Source: Caldisericaceae bacterium (GTDB lineage: Bacteria; Caldisericota; Caldisericia; Caldisericales; Caldisericaceae). Taken from it: a stretch of 64,000 nucleotides of DNA. Shown here piece after piece: positions 19,327-28,851 of this stretch (position 1 is the first letter of the stretch; the number at the start of each line of letters is the position of its first letter). Under the pieces are notes generated by a model, which saw only the letters and a list, made by a program, of their open reading frames with translations, did not search any database and was not told the origin of the DNA. A program made the position numbers and the translations under genes. Where the stretch lies: assembly GCA_049967855.1 (NCBI GenBank), contig JBMFRX010000001.1:96001-160000 (forward strand), read 5' to 3'.

Positions 19327-19439
19327 TTATTTAATTATAGGCAAATTTCCAAAATGCAAAAGTACTTAGCACTACAGTAACAGAAAAAATATATTGAGAA
19401 TTTGCAAGCAATTTAGTTACTATTTTATCAAAATAAAGC

Positions 19440-19467
19440 TTGTATTTATAGATTAATTTGCTATAAT
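19440..19467 (+). promoter_or_regulatory. sigma70-type promoter of the FDH/diaphorase operon
   Basis: TTGTAT-16 nt-TATAAT with extended -10 (TGcTATAAT). Confidence 0.65.
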
Positions 19468-19482
19468 ATAGGAGAAGTAAAA

Positions 19483-19500
19483 CTGTGAAAAAATACTCAA
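19483..19500 (+). promoter_or_regulatory. candidate Rex operator
   Basis: CTGTGAA-AAAA-TACTCAA matches 11 of 14 positions of TTGTGAA-N4-TTCACAA; lies between the -10 box and the RBS. Confidence 0.4.
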
Positions 19501-19511
19501 AGGAGCGGCAT

Positions 19512-19976
19512 ATGGAAGAAACTAAATTTCCTCAAGTGGATTTGGAAGTCAGAAAATGGGGCGCTAAACCAGAATCGCTGATTCAGGTGTTGCACGGGAC
19601 ACAAGAAAGGATTGGCTACTTGCCAAAAGAGTCTTTAAATTACATAGCTATGAAGTTGAACGTCCCTCTATCGAAAGTCTTTGGTGTTGTTACGTTTTAT
19701 AACTTCTTCAAGACCGAGAAAGACGCCGACCATGTTATTATGACTTGTATGGGCACTGCTTGCTATGTTAAAGGTGGGGAAGAAGTAATCAAAGCTCTTG
19801 AAAATTATCTCGGAATAAAAACAGGTGAGATAACTGCTGATAGAAAATTCTCGTTGCGGATTGTCCGATGTCTTGGAGCATGTGGGCTTGCACCTGTTAT
19901 TTCGGTTGACGGAAAAGACATTTATGGGAAGCTAACTCCCGAAAAGGCAATCGAAGCTGTTAAGAGATACCAATAA
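19512..19976 (+). CDS. NuoE/HydC/HndA-like [2Fe-2S] subunit, copy 1
   Basis: LIQVLH, GVVTFYNFF, CMGTAC, RCLGACGLAPV; RBS AAGGAG before ATG 19512 (ORF track start 19485). Confidence 0.93.
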   Translation: MEETKFPQVDLEVRKWGAKPESLIQVLHGTQERIGYLPKESLNYIAMKLNVPLSKVFGVVTFYNFFKTEKDADHVIMTCMGTACYVKGGEEVIKALENYLGIKTGEITADRKFSLRIVRCLGACGLAPVISVDGKDIYGKLTPEKAIEAVKRYQ

Positions 19977-19992
19977 ACAGGATTTTGCTTCT

Positions 19993-20538
19993 GTGAAAGA
20001 GCTTTCTTTGAATGTTCTTGACATAATTGAAAATTCCATTAATGCGAAAGCAAAGAACATTCACATTGTTGTTAATGAAGATGATTCCGTTGACTTGCTT
20101 GAGATTATCATCAAAGATGATGGCGTTGGAATGGACGATGAATTTTTGAAGACTGTTTGTGACCCGTTCACTACCAGTTCGACAAACAAGAAAGTAGGGC
20201 TTGGATTGCCGCTTTTAAAGCAGGAGGCAGAGCTTACAAGCGGAGGCTTGAGAATAAAGAGTAAGAAAGGTATAGGAACAGAAGTGCAGGTCTCTTTCAA
20301 AAAATCTTGTGTTGATACACCACCATTAGGAGACCTTGTCTCTACTATAATCTGCGTATTTGCAACTCATCCTGAGGTAAATTTGTACTATAAACATACC
20401 GTAAATGGGAAGACTTTTGAGATTTCGACAGATCTAATCAGGAAAGAGTGTGGGGACAATTATTGTAACCCTGTCATATTAAAAGGTATTAAGGAATTTT
20501 TTCAAAATAGCATAGAATCATTATATGGAGGTGAATGA
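19993..20538 (+). CDS. stand-alone HATPase_c (histidine-kinase-like ATPase) of hydrogenase operons
   Basis: ELSLNVLDIIENS, DDGVGM, DPFTT, VGLGLPL, PPLGD; no HisKA domain. Confidence 0.88.
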   Translation: MKELSLNVLDIIENSINAKAKNIHIVVNEDDSVDLLEIIIKDDGVGMDDEFLKTVCDPFTTSSTNKKVGLGLPLLKQEAELTSGGLRIKSKKGIGTEVQVSFKKSCVDTPPLGDLVSTIICVFATHPEVNLYYKHTVNGKTFEISTDLIRKECGDNYCNPVILKGIKEFFQNSIESLYGGE

Positions 20539-20915
20539 TGGATAAGATAAAGTCCATTGAAGAATTAAGAAGGCTTCGCGAGCACGCCAAAGAGTCTCTA
20601 AAAACTCGTTCGGGAGAAGCAAAGGTAAAGATAATGATTAGCATGGGAACAGTTGGTATTGCAGCTGGAGCAAGGGATGTACTGATGACAATCCTTGAAG
20701 AGCTTGAGAAAAGAGGCTTTACAGATGCACAGATTATTGAAAGAGGCTCTTTGGGACTTGACCAAGAGGAGCCAGTTGTAGCTATAGAGATGGGAGGCGA
20801 CCTGGTTTACTATGGCAAGGTTACCCCAGAGATGGCACGAACGATCATAGCCTCTCATGTTGTTAATGGGCAGATTGTTAGTGATTGGGTAATAGCGAAA
20901 GGAAACAAAAAATGA
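20535..20915 (+). CDS. thioredoxin-like ferredoxin (HndB/HydD-like), without cysteines
   Basis: KIKSIEEL, MGTVGIAAGAR, GSLGL..EEPVV, YGKVTPE, HVVNG. Confidence 0.85.
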   Translation: MMDKIKSIEELRRLREHAKESLKTRSGEAKVKIMISMGTVGIAAGARDVLMTILEELEKRGFTDAQIIERGSLGLDQEEPVVAIEMGGDLVYYGKVTPEMARTIIASHVVNGQIVSDWVIAKGNKK

Positions 20916-22546
20916 AAATCTTTAGAATTCATGCACTAATTTGTGCTGGTGCCCAGTGCATTGCAGCTGGTGGCAATGGCTTTGAAGATGCTTTGAAACT
21001 TGAGCTCAAAAATCATAATATTGAAGAGGAAATAAGTGTTATTGAAACAGGTTGTATGGGAGCCTGCCAGCTTGGTCCACTCCTTGTGGTTTATCCTGAA
21101 GGCATTATGTATACCAAAGTGAAGCCTGAAGATGCAAAGGAAATTGTGGAGGAACACTTTCTGAAGGGCAGGCCCGTGAAGAGACTTATGTGGAAGTCTG
21201 AAAAAAAAGAACTGCCAAACATATCTGAAATTCCATTTTTTGCTAAGCAGACTAAAATTGTTTTGAGGAACTGCGGTGTTATAAATCCTGAAGACATCAA
21301 TGAATATATCGCAAATGATGGTTATGAAGCGTTATCAAAAGCAATAACAGAAATGGAACCACAGGATGTGATAAAGGTCGTCAAAGATTCCGGCCTTCGC
21401 GGAAGGGGAGGTGCAGGATTTCCAACTGGCTTGAAATGGGAATTTGCGGCAAAGCAGAATTCCGAAGAGAAATACATCATATGCAACGCAGATGAGGGAG
21501 ACCCTGGTGCCTATATGGATAGGTCAGTCCTTGAAGGTGACCCGCATTCTGTACTTGAGGGTATGGAAATTGCAGGTTATGCTATAGGTGCTACAAAAGG
21601 TTTTATCTATGTTAGAGCCGAATACCCCTTAGCAGTTGAAAGGCTGCAGATTGCCATAAAACAGGCTCATGAAGCTGGACTTCTTGGTAAGAATATTCTG
21701 GGGACCAATTTTTCTTTTGACATAGAACTAAGGATGGGAGCAGGTGCTTTTGTATGCGGTGAGGAGACAGCATTAATCAATTCAATAGAGGGTAAACGCG
21801 GTGAGCCTCGAAAGAAACCTCCTTTCCCTGCGGTAAGTGGGCTATTTGGAAAACCTACTGTCATAAATAATGTTGAAACTCTTGCTAACTTGCCTGTTAT
21901 CATTGACAAGGGCGCGCAATTCTTAAGGCAGTTTGGTACTGAGAAGAGCCCTGGGACCAAGGTTTTTGCTCTTGCAGGGAAAGTGAACATTACTGGACTG
22001 GTCGAAGTTCCTCTGGGGACTCCTCTAAGACAGATTGTTTTTGACATCGGCGGAGGCATGCCAGAAGGTCATACTTTTAAAGGGGCTCTCACGGGTGGGC
22101 CTTCAGGTGGAGTTATACCCAAAGAGTATCTCGATGTACCTATGGATTACGAAAACCTACCAGCTCTCGGAACTATTATGGGTTCTGGAGGGCTTATAAT
22201 AATTGATGAAACAAGTTGTATGGTTGATGTGGCAAAGTTCTTCCTGAAGTTTACTGTTGATGAATCTTGTGGCAAGTGTACCCCATGCAGAGAAGGAACG
22301 AGGCAGATGCTTGCTATACTTGAGAGAATTTCGACAGGCAAAGGAAAGGCAGGCGATATTGAGAAGCTTGAAAAGATGGGTGAAATTATAAAGCTCACCT
22401 CTCTATGCGGTCTTGGGCAGACTGCCCCTAATCCAGTGCTAACTACTATAAGATACTTCAGGGATGAGTACACTGCGCACATCGAAAAGAAAGAGTGTCC
22501 TGCTCATGTTTGCAATATGCCAAAAAAAGCTGAAGTTAAAGTATGA
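20912..22546 (+). CDS. NuoF/HydB/HndC-like flavoprotein, copy 1
   Basis: N-terminal Trx-like 2Fe-2S cysteines; GLRGRGGAGFPTG, NADEGDPGAYMDR, GAGAFVCGEETAL, GGPSGG, ESCGKCTPCREG; ATGA overlap with the upstream gene. Confidence 0.95.
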   Translation: MKIFRIHALICAGAQCIAAGGNGFEDALKLELKNHNIEEEISVIETGCMGACQLGPLLVVYPEGIMYTKVKPEDAKEIVEEHFLKGRPVKRLMWKSEKKELPNISEIPFFAKQTKIVLRNCGVINPEDINEYIANDGYEALSKAITEMEPQDVIKVVKDSGLRGRGGAGFPTGLKWEFAAKQNSEEKYIICNADEGDPGAYMDRSVLEGDPHSVLEGMEIAGYAIGATKGFIYVRAEYPLAVERLQIAIKQAHEAGLLGKNILGTNFSFDIELRMGAGAFVCGEETALINSIEGKRGEPRKKPPFPAVSGLFGKPTVINNVETLANLPVIIDKGAQFLRQFGTEKSPGTKVFALAGKVNITGLVEVPLGTPLRQIVFDIGGGMPEGHTFKGALTGGPSGGVIPKEYLDVPMDYENLPALGTIMGSGGLIIIDETSCMVDVAKFFLKFTVDESCGKCTPCREGTRQMLAILERISTGKGKAGDIEKLEKMGEIIKLTSLCGLGQTAPNPVLTTIRYFRDEYTAHIEKKECPAHVCNMPKKAEVKV

Positions 22547-22570
22547 CGACAACATTTTAAAGGAGGCGAG

Positions 22571-22999
22571 ATGAAAGAACATTCGCTTATTGATAGCTTG
22601 CACGAGCTTCAAGATGCTGACAGGGAGAACTTCATTAAAGGTAAAGATGCCATTTCTGTTGCAAGAAAAAGCAAACTGCCTTTGTCAAAAGTCTACGGGG
22701 TAGCGACGTTCTATACAATGTTTTCCGTATACCCGAGGGGTAAGCATATTATAAGGGTTTGTAATAGTCTTTCTTGTCATATGGCTAAAGCAGAAGACAT
22801 TGTTGAAAAGCTGAAAGAAGTCCTTGGTGTAGAGATGGGAGAAACTACACCTGATAAAGAATTCACGCTTGAAGAGTCAAGCTGCCTCGGGATGTGTTCT
22901 GTTTCTCCTGCTATGATGATTGATGATATGCCTTTTGGAAATCTTTCGACCGATGACATCCCCTTGATACTTGAGAAAGTTAGGGAGGGTAAATTATGA
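22571..22999 (+). CDS. NuoE/HydC-like [2Fe-2S] subunit, copy 2
   Basis: YGVATFY, VCNSLSC, SSCLGMCSVSPAM; RBS AAGGAGG. Confidence 0.93.
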   Translation: MKEHSLIDSLHELQDADRENFIKGKDAISVARKSKLPLSKVYGVATFYTMFSVYPRGKHIIRVCNSLSCHMAKAEDIVEKLKEVLGVEMGETTPDKEFTLEESSCLGMCSVSPAMMIDDMPFGNLSTDDIPLILEKVREGKL

Positions 23000-24639
23000 A
23001 GATTGTCAGGACACATGTTCTTGTTGCAGAGGACACTAAAAGTATTCTTAAAGGAGCCAAGGAGATAGAAGAACAGCTTAACAGAGCTATAAGAGACGCA
23101 GGTCTTGAAAATGAGATACTGGTCACTCCAACAGGAAGCCTCGGTTATGAAGATGTTGGAGTAGCAGTAGCGGTTTACCCTGAGGGAATAATCTATGTGC
23201 CTGTTACCAAGGGCAACATCAAAGAAATCGTGACAGAGCATTTTTTGAAGGGACGCGTTGTTGAAAGACTTGCAAAGAAGATAGAATCGACTTCTGTAAA
23301 GCTTGGAGTTACTAAGTCAGAACAGATAATCTCAACACAGGTAAGAGTTGTCTTGAGAAATGTAGGTATGATAAATCCAGAAAGCATTGATGAATATATT
23401 GCAAGAGATGGGTATACAGCACTTGAAAAAGCTATCTCAAAAGGTCCACAGTGGACTCTCGATGAGGTCAAGAATTCAGAACTTAGAGGTCGAGGTGGTG
23501 CTGGTTTCCCAACGGGGAAAAAATGGGAATTCACTGCTAAAGCAAATAGCACGACTAAATTCTTGATTTGCAATGCAGATGAAGGGGAACCAGGGACTTT
23601 TAAGGATAGGGAAATAATGGAAGGGGATCCGCATTCTCTGATTGAGGGGATGATTATTGCAGCATTTGCAACAGGCTGTACTTACGGATACATCTACATT
23701 AGAGGTGAATATGACCTTTCTATCAAGCGTCTCGAAAAAGCCATTATCGATGCAAAAGCGCTCGGTTTACTGGGAGAAGATATCCTTGGAAGCGGGCTCT
23801 CCTTTGATATTGAAATCAAGAAAGGAGCAGGTGCGTATATTTGTGGTGAAGAAACAGCTCTAATCGAATCAATCGAAGGTCATCGTGGAGAACCACGCAA
23901 AAAGCCTCCATATCCTCCAACTTTCGGATTATGGGGAAAGCCAACTGTCATTAACAATGTGGAAACGCTTGCAAATATACCTCCAATCATTGCTAATGGA
24001 GCAGAGTGGTTTAAAACAATTGGTGTTCCTGGAACCTATGGAACGAAACTCTTTAGTCTTATGGGTGATGTGAATTGGAAAGGTGTTATAGAGATTCCTT
24101 TTGGCACGCCGCTTTCTTACATAGTGAATGATTTAGGAGGAGGCGTCAAGGACGGCAAGGCTCTGAAGGGCATAATACTTGGAGGAGTTTCAGGGAGTCT
24201 TATAACTCCATCTAAACTTGATACTCCAGTTGACTTCAATTCTCTTGCACTTATTGAAGCAGGTCCTGGTTCGGGTGCAATAATTGTAATGGACGAAAGA
24301 CGTTGCATTGTTGATATTATGAAGAACATTGCGTATTTTTTCAGGCATGAAAGTTGCGGAAAGTGCACTCCGTGTAGAGTTGGTACTGAGGAACTGTATG
24401 CAATGATAGATGGCATATCAAAAGGTCGCGGCGACTTGAAAGATCTTGACAAAATCAAGAGCTTAGGTCAAGATATGAATCTAACATCTTTTTGTCCTTT
24501 GGGGCAGACTGCGCCTAACATAATTCTTCAGTCAATAAGAGAATTTAAGCAAGAGTGGCTTGAGCATATTAAAGACAAGAAATGCAGAGCAAATGTATGT
24601 AAATTTGAACCGATTGAAGAGGAGGTCTTAGATGAGTGA
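22996..24639 (+). CDS. NuoF-like flavoprotein, copy 2
   Basis: LRGRGGAGFPTG, NADEGEPGTFKDR, GAGAYICGEETAL, HESCGKCTPCRVG. Confidence 0.95.
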   Translation: MKIVRTHVLVAEDTKSILKGAKEIEEQLNRAIRDAGLENEILVTPTGSLGYEDVGVAVAVYPEGIIYVPVTKGNIKEIVTEHFLKGRVVERLAKKIESTSVKLGVTKSEQIISTQVRVVLRNVGMINPESIDEYIARDGYTALEKAISKGPQWTLDEVKNSELRGRGGAGFPTGKKWEFTAKANSTTKFLICNADEGEPGTFKDREIMEGDPHSLIEGMIIAAFATGCTYGYIYIRGEYDLSIKRLEKAIIDAKALGLLGEDILGSGLSFDIEIKKGAGAYICGEETALIESIEGHRGEPRKKPPYPPTFGLWGKPTVINNVETLANIPPIIANGAEWFKTIGVPGTYGTKLFSLMGDVNWKGVIEIPFGTPLSYIVNDLGGGVKDGKALKGIILGGVSGSLITPSKLDTPVDFNSLALIEAGPGSGAIIVMDERRCIVDIMKNIAYFFRHESCGKCTPCRVGTEELYAMIDGISKGRGDLKDLDKIKSLGQDMNLTSFCPLGQTAPNIILQSIREFKQEWLEHIKDKKCRANVCKFEPIEEEVLDE

Positions 24640-27349
24640 ATTAGTTAACGTCAAAATTGATGGCAAAAGTTACCAGTTTGAAAGAGGGACTACAATTTTA
24701 AAGGCATGCAAATCTGTAGGCTACGATATACCTACGCTTTGCTATCTTGAAGGGATATCAGAAGAAGGTTCCTGTGGAGTGTGTGTTGTTGAAGTTAAAG
24801 GTGCAAAAACTCTACAGCGTTCCTGTATAACTGAAGTCACTGAAGGGATGGAAATAAGTACGAATACTCCAATAGTTCGTGAAGCAAGGAAGATGAATCT
24901 TGAACTTGCACTTGCACACCATCCACTTGACTGTATGACCTGTGATGCAGATGGAGATTGTGAACTGCAAGAACTTGCATATGAATTCAACATTAAGAAA
25001 AGCCAATTTCTTGACGAGCGTGAGGCTTTTGAGTCTCCTAAAGAAACCGCTTGGGACACAAATCCGTTTATTCAATTCGACCCTCAGAAATGTATCTTGT
25101 GCAGGCGTTGTGTTGAAGCTTGTGAGAATCAGTCGATAGTCGAAGCAATTGGAATTGCTATGAGGGGATATAAATCAACTGTTTCAACTCCTTTCAATCT
25201 TCCGCTCGAAGAAACAGATTGCCAATTCTGTGGGGCTTGCATTCAAGCTTGTCCAGTAGGGGCTCTGGTTGAAAAACCGCGCGTCGGGAAGGGCAAAATC
25301 TTTAACCTCGAAAAAACCGAGACAATTTGTTCTTACTGCGGAACTGGTTGCGAACTTACTCTTTACAGAGATAAGAACAACAAGCTGATTATGGCAAGAG
25401 GAAATGAGGATTCTGTTGTTAATAAGGGCAGGCTTTGCGTCAAGGGACGTTTTGGATTTGAGTACGTCAATTCCCCGGACAGGTTAACTACTCCTTTGAT
25501 TAAAGAGAACGGCAAATTTAGGGAAGCAAGTTGGGATGAGGCTCTCGAATACACATCGCGGAGGTTGTCTGAAATAAGGGAGAAATATGGGCCAGATTCA
25601 ATTGGAGTGCTCGGCTCATCAAGGTGCACAAACGAGGACAACTATGTGGTGCAGAAATTCGCAAGAGCTGTTATTGGTACAAATAACGTTGATAACTGTG
25701 CAAGGTTATGCCATTCTTCCACTATTGCTGGTCTTGGAAAGGCACTTGGTGCTGCAGCTGCAACAAACCCAATTGAGGATATTGCAAATATCGATGTAAT
25801 GTTTGTGATTGGTTCTAATATGACTGAGACTCACCCAGTGATTTCGCAATTTATCAAAGAGAATCAGAAGAAACGTGGAGCGAAGCTCATCGTCTGTGAT
25901 CCAAGGAAAACCTATCTTTCGACTGTTTCTGATGTGTACATTCAGCATAACCCTGGGACGGATGTGGCACTGCTGAACGGTATTATGAAAGTCATTGTAG
26001 ACAAGGGGTTGCTTAATAGAGAATTTATTGAGTCTCATACTGAAGGATATGATGAATTTGTCAAAGTAGTGTCAAATTACGACCTTGATACTGTCGCCAA
26101 AATAACAGGGGTGGACAAGTCTCTGATTGAGAAGGCTGCAATTATGTATGCTGAAGCAAAGAATGCGACCATTTTCTATACTATGGGCATTACACAGCAC
26201 TCCGTAGGCACTGATAATGTACTGAGTGTCGCAAACTTGGCGCTCTTAACAGGACATATTGGTCGCGAGGGTAATGGGATTAACCCATTAAGAGGCCAGG
26301 CAAATGTGCAAGGAGCTTGTGACATGGGAGCACTTCCTGATGTGTACACTGCTTACCAAAAAGTTACCGATGCGGCTTCCAGGGAGAAATTTGAAAAAGC
26401 ATGGAATGTAAAATTGCCTGACAAGGTCGGATACGCTGTCAGTGAGTTTGGTGACCTTGCCTTTGATGGAAAATTGAAAGCAGTCTATGCTATGGGCGAG
26501 AATCCTCTTATGACAGAAGCAGACATAAAGCATGTTAGAGAAGGTTTTGAGAAGCTGGAGTTTCTTGCTATTCAGGAAATTTTCCTCTCCGAAACAGCTG
26601 AGCTTGCAGATGTAATTTTCCCTGCGGCTGCTGCCTACGAGAAAGAAGGGACTTTTACAAATACCGAGCGAAGAGTACAGCTTCTGAGGCCTGCTTTAGA
26701 GAAGCCATCCAATGCAAAGTTTGATTGGGAAATTGTTTCTCTTCTTGCAGCAAAGATGGGTTATCAAATGAACTACAAAAAAGCCTCTGATATTATGGAC
26801 GAAATAGCTTTGCTTTCACCATCTTATGCTGGCATTCACCACTATAGACTCGAAAAAGGCGGAATTCAGTGGCCTTGTCCCAACGATGAACATCCTGGAA
26901 CAAAGATATTGCACTATGGCGGTGTATTTAAGAGACCAAACGGAAAAGCTCTAATGAACCCTGTTGAATACAAAGAGGCAAAAGAGCTCCCTGATAAAGA
27001 ATATCCGCTTGTTCTTACTACTGGAAGGATTCTCTACCACTATCATTCTGGGAATGAATCGAGAAGAGTTGAAGTGCTTGAAGCTTTTGTACCAAAGAAT
27101 TATGTTGAGATAAGTCCTTTAGACGCTAACAACCTTGGAATTAAGGATAGGGACGTTGTAAGAGTGTCAACCAGACGCGGAAGCATAGAGGTTGAAGCTC
27201 GTATCTCTGAAAAGCCCAAGAAGGGGATTGTATTTGTCAGTTTCCATTTTAGCGAAGCAAATGCTAATGTTTTGACTAACGCAGCACTTGACCCTATTGC
27301 AAAGATACCAGAATTTAAAGTAGCAGCTTGTAAAATTGAGAAAATTTAA
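24632..27349 (+). CDS. fdhF: Mo/W-bisPGD formate dehydrogenase alpha subunit with NuoG-like FeS N-terminus (Cys-type)
   Basis: 2Fe-2S motif, HxxxCxxC, two 4Fe-4S motifs, CSYCGTGC, LCVKGRFG, NCARLCH, PLRGQANVQGA, LDPIAKIPEFK. Confidence 0.95.
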   Translation: MSELVNVKIDGKSYQFERGTTILKACKSVGYDIPTLCYLEGISEEGSCGVCVVEVKGAKTLQRSCITEVTEGMEISTNTPIVREARKMNLELALAHHPLDCMTCDADGDCELQELAYEFNIKKSQFLDEREAFESPKETAWDTNPFIQFDPQKCILCRRCVEACENQSIVEAIGIAMRGYKSTVSTPFNLPLEETDCQFCGACIQACPVGALVEKPRVGKGKIFNLEKTETICSYCGTGCELTLYRDKNNKLIMARGNEDSVVNKGRLCVKGRFGFEYVNSPDRLTTPLIKENGKFREASWDEALEYTSRRLSEIREKYGPDSIGVLGSSRCTNEDNYVVQKFARAVIGTNNVDNCARLCHSSTIAGLGKALGAAAATNPIEDIANIDVMFVIGSNMTETHPVISQFIKENQKKRGAKLIVCDPRKTYLSTVSDVYIQHNPGTDVALLNGIMKVIVDKGLLNREFIESHTEGYDEFVKVVSNYDLDTVAKITGVDKSLIEKAAIMYAEAKNATIFYTMGITQHSVGTDNVLSVANLALLTGHIGREGNGINPLRGQANVQGACDMGALPDVYTAYQKVTDAASREKFEKAWNVKLPDKVGYAVSEFGDLAFDGKLKAVYAMGENPLMTEADIKHVREGFEKLEFLAIQEIFLSETAELADVIFPAAAAYEKEGTFTNTERRVQLLRPALEKPSNAKFDWEIVSLLAAKMGYQMNYKKASDIMDEIALLSPSYAGIHHYRLEKGGIQWPCPNDEHPGTKILHYGGVFKRPNGKALMNPVEYKEAKELPDKEYPLVLTTGRILYHYHSGNESRRVEVLEAFVPKNYVEISPLDANNLGIKDRDVVRVSTRRGSIEVEARISEKPKKGIVFVSFHFSEANANVLTNAALDPIAKIPEFKVAACKIEKI

Positions 27350-27365
27350 TACAAAGGAGGCAAAA

Positions 27366-28220
27366 ATGAATGAGATGAATCTCTTTCCACCAGCTCAAAT
27401 AGCTGAGAAACTGAGAGATGTATGTGTTGGAAAATGCAAGATTCCTATGAAGAAGTTTTTTGTCCTGGCAATTCTTGCAGGTGCGTTTATTGCTTTTGGA
27501 GGTGAATTGTCAATTCTGGTTGGCTCTGACGCCTCACTCGGGTTTGGTTTTACCAAGTTCCTTGCAGCAAGCGTATTTACTGTTGGTCTCATTTTAGTTG
27601 TTGTTGCTGGGGCAGAGCTTTTTACGGGGGATAACCTCATAGTAATCTCAGCTCTGGATAAGAAAATCCGATGGAGCGAATTGCTTAAGGCCTGGGTTGC
27701 CGTATACATCGGCAACTTCATTGGCTCTCTGCTTATTGCTGCGTTTCTCTTCTGGGGAGGAACATGGTCATTGAATTCAAACGCAGTAGGAGCGGCGGCA
27801 CTGAAGATAGCAAGTGCAAAAGTGAGTATTCCTTTCTGGCAGGCATTCTTCAGAGGAATACTCTGTAATTGGTTAGTGTGCCTTGCTGTATGGATGGCAA
27901 CATCCTCAAAAGATGTTATAGGAAAGATATTTGCAATCTATTTTCCTATTATGGCTTTTGTTGCTTCAGGTTTTGAGCACTCTGTTGCAAATATGTTTTT
28001 CATTCCTTACGGAATTTTCTTGAAAAGTGTACCCAAAGTTGTCGAAGCAACAGGCAAAACTCTTGCAGACTTTGCTAATCTGAATTGGGGAACACTTTTT
28101 ACAATGAACCTGATACCTGTTACGCTTGGTAATATAATAGGCGGAGCGTTCTTTGTGGGGGCTATATACTGGTATGTGTATCTGAGGAAGGAGCCAGAAA
28201 CTTTTGAACCCAAAAAATAA
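27366..28220 (+). CDS. fdhC: formate/nitrite transporter (FocA/FdhC family)
   Basis: AILAGAFI, GAELFTGD, GILCNWLVCLA, FVASGFEHSVANM, VTLGNIIGG; RBS AAGGAGG. Confidence 0.93.
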   Translation: MNEMNLFPPAQIAEKLRDVCVGKCKIPMKKFFVLAILAGAFIAFGGELSILVGSDASLGFGFTKFLAASVFTVGLILVVVAGAELFTGDNLIVISALDKKIRWSELLKAWVAVYIGNFIGSLLIAAFLFWGGTWSLNSNAVGAAALKIASAKVSIPFWQAFFRGILCNWLVCLAVWMATSSKDVIGKIFAIYFPIMAFVASGFEHSVANMFFIPYGIFLKSVPKVVEATGKTLADFANLNWGTLFTMNLIPVTLGNIIGGAFFVGAIYWYVYLRKEPETFEPKK

Positions 28221-28851
28221 TTCCTACAAAGATAAGTTGCGTTCAAAGAAAGTAAAACCTGTTATCCTTGTTGGTGGCAAGAGCAGGCGCTTTGGGCGCG
28301 ACAAGTTTTATCTTGAATTTAATGGGAGATTAGTCATAGAAAGGACGTATTCTTTGCTTAAGCGGGTCTTCAACGAAGAGCCTCTGTTTGTAGGAAGAGA
28401 GGCTCTTCCACCTCCTTTTATTTCTATCCCCGATGTTACGATAGGACTGGGTCCGATAGGAGGGCTTTATACTGCGTTAGACTGTGTTGATGCAGATTTT
28501 GTCTTCTTGACTGCCTGCGATATGCCTCTTATAAATGAAGATGTCTTGCGATATATGTTCAACAACCTGAATTCAAATTGCCAGGTTTATCTCCCGCGAT
28601 TTAGAAACGGTATGATTGAGCCACTTTTTGCATTCTATAGTGTTGGGCTTAAGTACAAGGTTAAGCGTAGCATTGAAGCAAGAGACTTTAGAATGCGGTC
28701 ATTGCTTGAAGGAAGCCTGGTGGAATATCTCGATGAAAGCGAGATTAAATCTATTGACGAAGAGCTACTGAGTTTCCTAAATATTAACACCAAAAACGAC
28801 CTTGATAAGATTATCGGTAAATTGCATTGTGAAAGAAATAGAGATTATTAG
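28204..28851 (+). CDS. mobA: molybdenum cofactor guanylyltransferase
   Basis: ILVGGKSRRFGRDK, GPIGG, ACDMP, EPLFAFY, FLNINT. Confidence 0.92.
   Translation: MNPKNNSYKDKLRSKKVKPVILVGGKSRRFGRDKFYLEFNGRLVIERTYSLLKRVFNEEPLFVGREALPPPFISIPDVTIGLGPIGGLYTALDCVDADFVFLTACDMPLINEDVLRYMFNNLNSNCQVYLPRFRNGMIEPLFAFYSVGLKYKVKRSIEARDFRMRSLLEGSLVEYLDESEIKSIDEELLSFLNINTKNDLDKIIGKLHCERNRDY

Noticed and set aside
25690..25720. Selenocysteine in the FDH active site
   Set aside because: The codon is TGC (NCARLCH) and the ORF has no in-frame TGA
19512..27349. [FeFe]-hydrogenase or respiratory complex I
   Set aside because: No H-cluster motifs and no membrane Nuo subunits; the catalytic subunit is a molybdopterin FDH
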